Part shown: positions 25,353 through 30,468 of the stretch, in pieces
Position numbering within the stretch: the stretch's first letter is position 1
Layout: each line of letters begins with the position of its first letter
Assembly: GCA_043735865.1 (NCBI GenBank)
Contig: JAYTDP010000197.1
Span: 1-30,468, forward strand
Length of the DNA stretch: 30,468 bases
Source: Bdellovibrionales bacterium
Lineage (GTDB): Bacteria > Bdellovibrionota > Bdellovibrionia > Bdellovibrionales > UBA1609
Direction: 5' to 3'
Program-made: the position numbers and the translations under genes
Notes under the pieces: generated by a model
Told to the model about the DNA's origin: nothing
Seen by the model: only the letters and a program-made list of their open reading frames with translations
Database searches by the model: none

Positions 25353-27920
25353 TTACAAAGTCATCGCCGCCTTCAGATACTTCCCTGTTTCGCTTTCTTT
25401 AACGGTGATAATTTTTTCTGGACTGCCGGTCGCGACGACTCGCCCGCCAGCACGCCCGCCATCGGGACCCATGTCGATCACGTAGTCACAGCACTTGATA
25501 ACGTCTAGATTGTGCTCAATCACCAATACGGTATTACCTTGGTCAACCAACTCTTGAAGAAGCTCAATTAATTTTCGAATATCTTCGAAGTGGAGTCCGG
25601 TCGTCGGCTCATCCAAAATATAAAGAGTTTTTCCGGTTCCGCGTTTTGACAACTCTCGCGACAATTTAATCCGCTGAGCTTCGCCCCCCGAAAGTGTTGT
25701 CGAGCTTTGGCCGAGCGCCAAATAATCGAGTCCGGTACGATGAAGAGTCTCAAGCTTACGATGGATGATGGAGTGATGCTTGAAAAAATCCAACGCCTCA
25801 GCGACAGTCATCTTTAAAACGTCAGCGATCGAGCGATCTTTATACTTAATGCTTCGTGTTTCCGGATTGTAGCGAGCGCCGCCGCAAGTATCACAGAGAA
25901 CATAGACGTCGGAAAGAAAATGCATTTTCACCCGCACCATTCCGCCGCCCTCGCAAGTGGCACATCGCCCGCCTTTGACGTTAAAACTAAACTGGCCTGG
26001 TTTGTAGCCACGAATTTTACTTTCATTCAAATTCGCAAACAAATCGCGGATCGTTGAAAAAAGCCCGACGTAAGTAGACGGCGTCGATCTCGGCGTGCGA
26101 CCGATCGGCTTTTGGTTGATCTGAATGATGCGGTCGATATGTTCGACACCTTCGATTCCGGTAAACGGCGACGGCGTCGAAGGCGCTCGGTTTAATTTCT
26201 GAGCTAAAGCCTTATAAAGAGTATCGATAATAAGAGTGGATTTGCCGCTACCCGAAACTCCGGTGACACCGCAAAAGGTGCCAAGCGGGATCGTCAGCGT
26301 TACATTTTTCAAATTGTTTCCGCTAGCACCTTTAACGATGAGCTTATGCCCGTTTCCTTTTCGTCGTTCAGTTGGCATCTTCACTTGAAGTTTCTTCGAT
26401 AAGTACTGACCAGTTAAGCTGTTTTTATTTTTCGCGATTTGCGACGGCGTCCCTGTCGCTATAACCTCACCGCCCAACCGACCAGCACGGGGGCCGATAT
26501 CAATCACGTAATCGGCCGCACGTATCGTATCTTCATCGTGCTCGACGAGAATCACGGTGTTGCCCCGATCACGAAGCTCTTTGATTATTTCAAGTAAGCG
26601 CTCATGATCACGAGGATGTAGGCCTATTGACGGCTCATCTAGAACGTAGAGAACGCCAACCAATGCCGAGCCAACCTGGGTGGCCAGTCGAATTCGCTGC
26701 ACTTCTCCGCCGCTTAAGGTTCTGGTCTGACGCTCGAGCGACAAGTACCCCGTTCCTACTCGAATCATGTAACTTAAACGATCACAAATCTGCTTGATGA
26801 TTTTCTCGGCGATCAATTTATCCCGGGTTCCGAGCTTTACGGAATCGAAAAACTCCGCCAGCTCTTCCGCAGACAGATGAGATAACGTCGCAATTGTTTT
26901 TCCTTCAAACAAAAATGAAAGTGACGATTGCTTGAGTCGCTGCCCATTACATGTTGGGCAAGTCTTGTACTCGACCTCAATTTCGTCTTCGTCTAGACTC
27001 TCTTCAGGAGCAGATTCGAAAACGGATTCTTCATAGCCGATGATCCCCATGCCCGCGCAAGTTTCGCAAGCCCCCCGCGGATTATTAAAGCTAAACATTC
27101 GAGGCTCTGGATCTGGAAACGAATACGCACATATCGGGCACGCACGATGGATAGAATACGTCTGAGCTTTTTTCCCCATCGCTTCTATAGTCACAAGGCC
27201 TTTTGAAAAAGAAAGAGCCCGGTTAATCGAGTCGCGTAGTCGGCTCACAAATTTTTCATCTACCACCAAGCGATCAACCAAAAGCTCGATATCGTGGCGC
27301 TTATGTTTTTCGAGCTTCTTCGCTTTTTCAAGATCGATCCACTCCCCGTCGATCTTCGCCTTTGTAAATCCACGCTTCATCCATTTCTGGAATTCCGCCA
27401 TGTATTCGCCTTTTTCTCCTTGGGCGACTGGAGCAGTGACGTAATATTTTGTTCCCACAGGCAGCTTCATCACCTCCAGAACAATTTGCTCGGGCTTTTG
27501 GGATTGCACAGGAATGTGGTGAATCGGACAATTTGGAATAGCGACTCGCGCGTAAAGGAGACGCAAAAAATCGTAAATTTCAGTGACGGTGCCAACCGTC
27601 GATCGTGGATTTGTCGAAATCGTTTTTTGATCGATAGCGATCGCCGGCGATAGTCCGGTGATCGAGTCCGCATCGGGCTTCTTCAGCTGCTCCATAAAAC
27701 TTCGAGCGTAGGCCGATAGACTCTCTATGTAACGCCGCTGTCCTTCAGCGTAGATGGTATCAAAAGCGATGGTCGATTTTCCACTCCCGCTTAAACCGGT
27801 AATGACCGTGAGCTTATTGCGCGGAATTTGAACGTCGATACCTTTTAAATTGTTTTCTCTCGCTCCACGGACCGTGATGCCTTCAAATGGAACTTCAGTG
27901 GACGGATCAATTTCGCTCAT
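25353..27920 (-). CDS. uvrA: Excinuclease ABC subunit A lacking the insertion domain, 855 aa
   Basis: Two Walker A motifs (GLSGSGKS, GVSGSGKS), two LSGGE signatures, zinc-finger Cys pairs and FSFNNP. ATG 27920 overlaps the fur 3' end. Confidence 0.95.
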   Translation of the reverse strand: MSEIDPSTEVPFEGITVRGARENNLKGIDVQIPRNKLTVITGLSGSGKSTIAFDTIYAEGQRRYIESLSAYARSFMEQLKKPDADSITGLSPAIAIDQKTISTNPRSTVGTVTEIYDFLRLLYARVAIPNCPIHHIPVQSQKPEQIVLEVMKLPVGTKYYVTAPVAQGEKGEYMAEFQKWMKRGFTKAKIDGEWIDLEKAKKLEKHKRHDIELLVDRLVVDEKFVSRLRDSINRALSFSKGLVTIEAMGKKAQTYSIHRACPICAYSFPDPEPRMFSFNNPRGACETCAGMGIIGYEESVFESAPEESLDEDEIEVEYKTCPTCNGQRLKQSSLSFLFEGKTIATLSHLSAEELAEFFDSVKLGTRDKLIAEKIIKQICDRLSYMIRVGTGYLSLERQTRTLSGGEVQRIRLATQVGSALVGVLYVLDEPSIGLHPRDHERLLEIIKELRDRGNTVILVEHDEDTIRAADYVIDIGPRAGRLGGEVIATGTPSQIAKNKNSLTGQYLSKKLQVKMPTERRKGNGHKLIVKGASGNNLKNVTLTIPLGTFCGVTGVSGSGKSTLIIDTLYKALAQKLNRAPSTPSPFTGIEGVEHIDRIIQINQKPIGRTPRSTPSTYVGLFSTIRDLFANLNESKIRGYKPGQFSFNVKGGRCATCEGGGMVRVKMHFLSDVYVLCDTCGGARYNPETRSIKYKDRSIADVLKMTVAEALDFFKHHSIIHRKLETLHRTGLDYLALGQSSTTLSGGEAQRIKLSRELSKRGTGKTLYILDEPTTGLHFEDIRKLIELLQELVDQGNTVLVIEHNLDVIKCCDYVIDMGPDGGRAGGRVVATGSPEKIITVKESETGKYLKAAMTL

Positions 27921-28449
27921 TCGTTTGGCAATCTGGGCAGATTCCGTAAAGTTCGAGAACATGCCCTGTAAGTTGAAACCCATTGTCGCGAGCGACGTGC
28001 AGCTGCAAATCTTCAATTTCTTTTATTGCAAACTCAACAATCTTTCCGCAATCCACGCAGGTTAAATGATCGTGGTGAGATCGAGGAGTCAGCTCATAAC
28101 GCGCCGGCAATCCGCCCATTCTGACTTCGGTGACGTAACCTTTAACAGTTAAATTCTTTAAAAATCGATACACCGTCGCGAAACCGATTTCAGGATATTG
28201 CTTGTGGATTAATTCGAAGACTTCTTGTGCGGTGACATGCGCTCGCCCTCGGCTCAAGCTTTTTAAAATCGCCATCCGTTGCGAAGTCACTTTAAGACCC
28301 ATGTCGCGAATGATTCGCTTCAAAGACCCCTCATCGAGCTTCTCACGTTTAAGTAAGATCTCTCCGGTATCGCGGCCGGCATTACCGCGCGCGAGTTTTA
28401 ATTTAGGCGATTGCGTATCTTCAGATGGTTTCGAGCTTGGGTCGAACAT
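27907..28449 (-). CDS. fur: Ferric uptake regulator family protein with N-terminal extension
   Basis: VTSQRMAIL, HVTAQEV, IGFATVYRFL, HHDHLTCVDCGKIVEF and CPDC. ATG 28449 follows GGAGG. Confidence 0.88.
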   Translation of the reverse strand: MFDPSSKPSEDTQSPKLKLARGNAGRDTGEILLKREKLDEGSLKRIIRDMGLKVTSQRMAILKSLSRGRAHVTAQEVFELIHKQYPEIGFATVYRFLKNLTVKGYVTEVRMGGLPARYELTPRSHHDHLTCVDCGKIVEFAIKEIEDLQLHVARDNGFQLTGHVLELYGICPDCQTNERN

Positions 28450-28480
28450 AGGACCTCCGTGAGGCATCTAAATTACGGAT

Positions 28481-28524
28481 AAATGAGAATGATTGTCAAT
28501 TAGAACTGAAAATCGTTTTCAATT
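28481..28524. promoter_or_regulatory. Two tandem Fur-box-like 7-1-7 palindromes overlapping the fur promoter
   Basis: TGAGAAT-G-ATTGTCA (28484-28498, 12/14 to TGATAAT-N-ATTATCA) and TGAAAAT-C-GTTTTCA (28507-28521, 11/14). A minus-strand TTGACA at 28494-28499 overlaps the first box. Confidence 0.75.
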
Positions 28525-28527
28525 AGG

Positions 28528-29481
28528 TTACGGCTGGTACCCGTTTTCGACACCCATTACTGCAACTGCAACTGCATCGTGAGGATGGAGGCTTTCGCGG
28601 TGATGCACGCGAACAAAGAAGTCCTTCAAATACGGAATTTTCATCGCCGCCAGCTTCAGTTTGCGGGCGGCGTCTTCGCAGAACATGAGGTTCGCGCCGT
28701 TTAAACGTGCGAACTCTTGTTCATCCACGCGCTTGACGGCACCTTGGACAGGTGTTGCGAGAGCCTGCTCGGCTAAGTCGATGAATTGTAACGGAGAGAG
28801 ATCCGCTTTTTGCACGAGCGAATCGCTACCAAATTTCAGGCGGAATTCCGCTTCGCTTCGTTGACTGTGCGGAACTGCCACAATTGAACTTTCGTTTTCA
28901 AGCCAAGTGAGTGCCGTCTCCATCGGGATCGACGGAAGATTTGAAAAGTCCTTCATAAATTTTTCTGCAACTAATTGACGCGAAAGCGCTGCCGAACATG
29001 GACAAGTGCTCGAATAGAGAACGCGCACTTCGACTTCATAACTTATCTGACCTTTTTCTAGAATGGCCGCGAGCGAAACAGGATAATGTCTCCACCCAGT
29101 CTCATCACTGATCAAAGCTTTACGCTTCACGGGTAACGTGAAACTCACTTTCACCGTGCTTGCAGTTGAAAGATCAGAATGGCTTTCAATAAAATCTTTG
29201 AGGACCGCATTCAACGTCTGAATGTTGAGTTCGCTTTTTTCGAAATGGTCGCGAACGTGACGATACAATCGCGACATGTGAATCCCTTTTGCTTGCGGAT
29301 TCACGAGATTCACGAATGCTTCGACCTGTGCTGGGATAGTAAAACTATGACCGTCACATAGGATCTTGACAGGCATTTCGATACAACGCATTCCGACACG
29401 ATCAAGAGAGGTCTCGTGTGCGGTTTTGGCAGACAGTGAAATATCCGGCAATTTCGATTCAGTTTTTTGCGGTTGAAGCAT
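28528..29481 (-). CDS. folE2: GTP cyclohydrolase I type B
   Basis: GIHMSR, STCPCS, HSQRS, FCEDAAR and ESLHPHDA. Confidence 0.93.
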   Translation of the reverse strand: MLQPQKTESKLPDISLSAKTAHETSLDRVGMRCIEMPVKILCDGHSFTIPAQVEAFVNLVNPQAKGIHMSRLYRHVRDHFEKSELNIQTLNAVLKDFIESHSDLSTASTVKVSFTLPVKRKALISDETGWRHYPVSLAAILEKGQISYEVEVRVLYSSTCPCSAALSRQLVAEKFMKDFSNLPSIPMETALTWLENESSIVAVPHSQRSEAEFRLKFGSDSLVQKADLSPLQFIDLAEQALATPVQGAVKRVDEQEFARLNGANLMFCEDAARKLKLAAMKIPYLKDFFVRVHHRESLHPHDAVAVAVMGVENGYQP

Positions 29482-29656
29482 GCGACGTTTCTACCAGCTC
29501 CCTCAGAGTTTTTCCATTTCTTTAACGCAGGAAGCCTCTCTGCTACGAAGAAGTTACGCTATCTTTACAACGTTAAAGCATTACATGAACAAATGAAGGT
29601 CCAGAAAAACGGCTGGAATCATTCACGAACAGCTCGAAATAGAGGAAGCTAACCCC

Positions 29657-30439
29657 ATGAAACAAATCCTGACCCCACTTTTTATCCTCGTTTTAAGCCT
29701 CTTTTTAATGGTCAACGCACGTGCCGAATATGCTTTCGATCAAGAGCATACGAGTCTGACGAAGGCATTAAGTAATGTCGTGGTTTATAAAGAAAACTCG
29801 GGAAGCGTGAAATATAAAGATCTCATCAAGAAGCCGGGCGACCTCATCAATTATTTAAAAGATATTGGTCACGTGAGCGAAAAAGATTTCAAGACTTGGA
29901 GCGAGCCGAATCAAATCGCTTTTTTAATTAATGCTTACAATGCCAATTCTTTGCAACTGGTGAAAGATTACTACCCGATTACGACTATCAAAAAAGTTCC
30001 CGGAACAAAAGACGCGATGAAAATGAAATTCTTCCGTTTGTTCGGAAAAGAAATGAGCCTTGAGTCTCTCGAAAATGATTTCTTGCGCAAAAATTATTCT
30101 GAGCCACGTTATCACTTTGCTTTGAACTGCGCGACGATCGCGTGCCCGCGCGTTCGAAACGAGGCCTATGTCGGAGCTAGATTAGATGAACAGCTGAATG
30201 ATCAAGTGAAAACGTTCGCGCGCGATACGTCCCGCAACAAAATTGACGTCGCTGAAAAGAATTTGCAACTGTCGCCTATCTTCGAATCCGTTGAAAGCGA
30301 TTTGCAAAAAGGCGGCATTTCGATTGGCAAATGGGTCGCGCCCTACATTTCTGACGACGAAGCAGTTCGCAAGGAACTTGTCGAAGGGAAATATAAAGTC
30401 AGTCACCTCGACTACAATTGGGATTTGAACAAAGAATAG
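29657..30439 (+). CDS. DUF547 domain secreted protein
   Basis: Signal peptide, AFLINAYN, EPRYHFALNCATIACP, LSPIF and YNWDLN. AGAGGA SD. Confidence 0.88.
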   Translation: MKQILTPLFILVLSLFLMVNARAEYAFDQEHTSLTKALSNVVVYKENSGSVKYKDLIKKPGDLINYLKDIGHVSEKDFKTWSEPNQIAFLINAYNANSLQLVKDYYPITTIKKVPGTKDAMKMKFFRLFGKEMSLESLENDFLRKNYSEPRYHFALNCATIACPRVRNEAYVGARLDEQLNDQVKTFARDTSRNKIDVAEKNLQLSPIFESVESDLQKGGISIGKWVAPYISDDEAVRKELVEGKYKVSHLDYNWDLNKE

Positions 30440-30468
30440 GCTAGAGGCCCAAAGATTTAAGCTGATCC

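Noticed and set aside
27921-28016. Longer uvrA N-terminus in the ORF track
   Set aside because: It lies inside fur. ATG 27920 gives a normal UvrA start coupled to the fur stop.
29552-29580. Imperfect palindrome upstream of folE2 as a possible Zur box
   Set aside because: The match to known Zur consensus sequences is too weak to call.
1-30468. CRISPR arrays, tRNA/rRNA genes, transposases or integrases
   Set aside because: No regularly spaced repeats, cloverleaf or rRNA motifs, or mobile-element ORFs were seen.

Overview
Bacterial chromosomal window, most likely from a Bdellovibrionota (Bdellovibrio-like predator). This is inferred from a Bd0055-like histone fold, a FabMG-type reductase and an orphan prepilin-type gene. 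Housekeeping genes include a GT9 heptosyltransferase, waaA, acs, nrdAB, lgt, maf, hemB, uvrA, fur, folE2 and a DUF547 protein. No rRNA, tRNA, CRISPR array or mobile element was recognised. Five features stand out. (1) A zinc-finger/histone-fold fusion is translationally coupled to LPS core genes. (2) An unannotated two-gene module is tandemly duplicated at 4136-11880: an outer-membrane beta-barrel followed by a large EF-hand-containing lipoprotein. (3) An orphan secreted protein has an R-S-QxE ADP-ribosyltransferase signature and a perfect extended -10, apparently leaderless, promoter. (4) UvrA lacks its insertion domain and is coupled to fur behind tandem Fur boxes. (5) Overlapping, mutually exclusive palindromes lie between acs and nrdA. 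All family calls come from motif recognition by eye; no database searches were run. Start codons were re-chosen from the ORF track where SD motifs or gene overlaps supported a downstream start.
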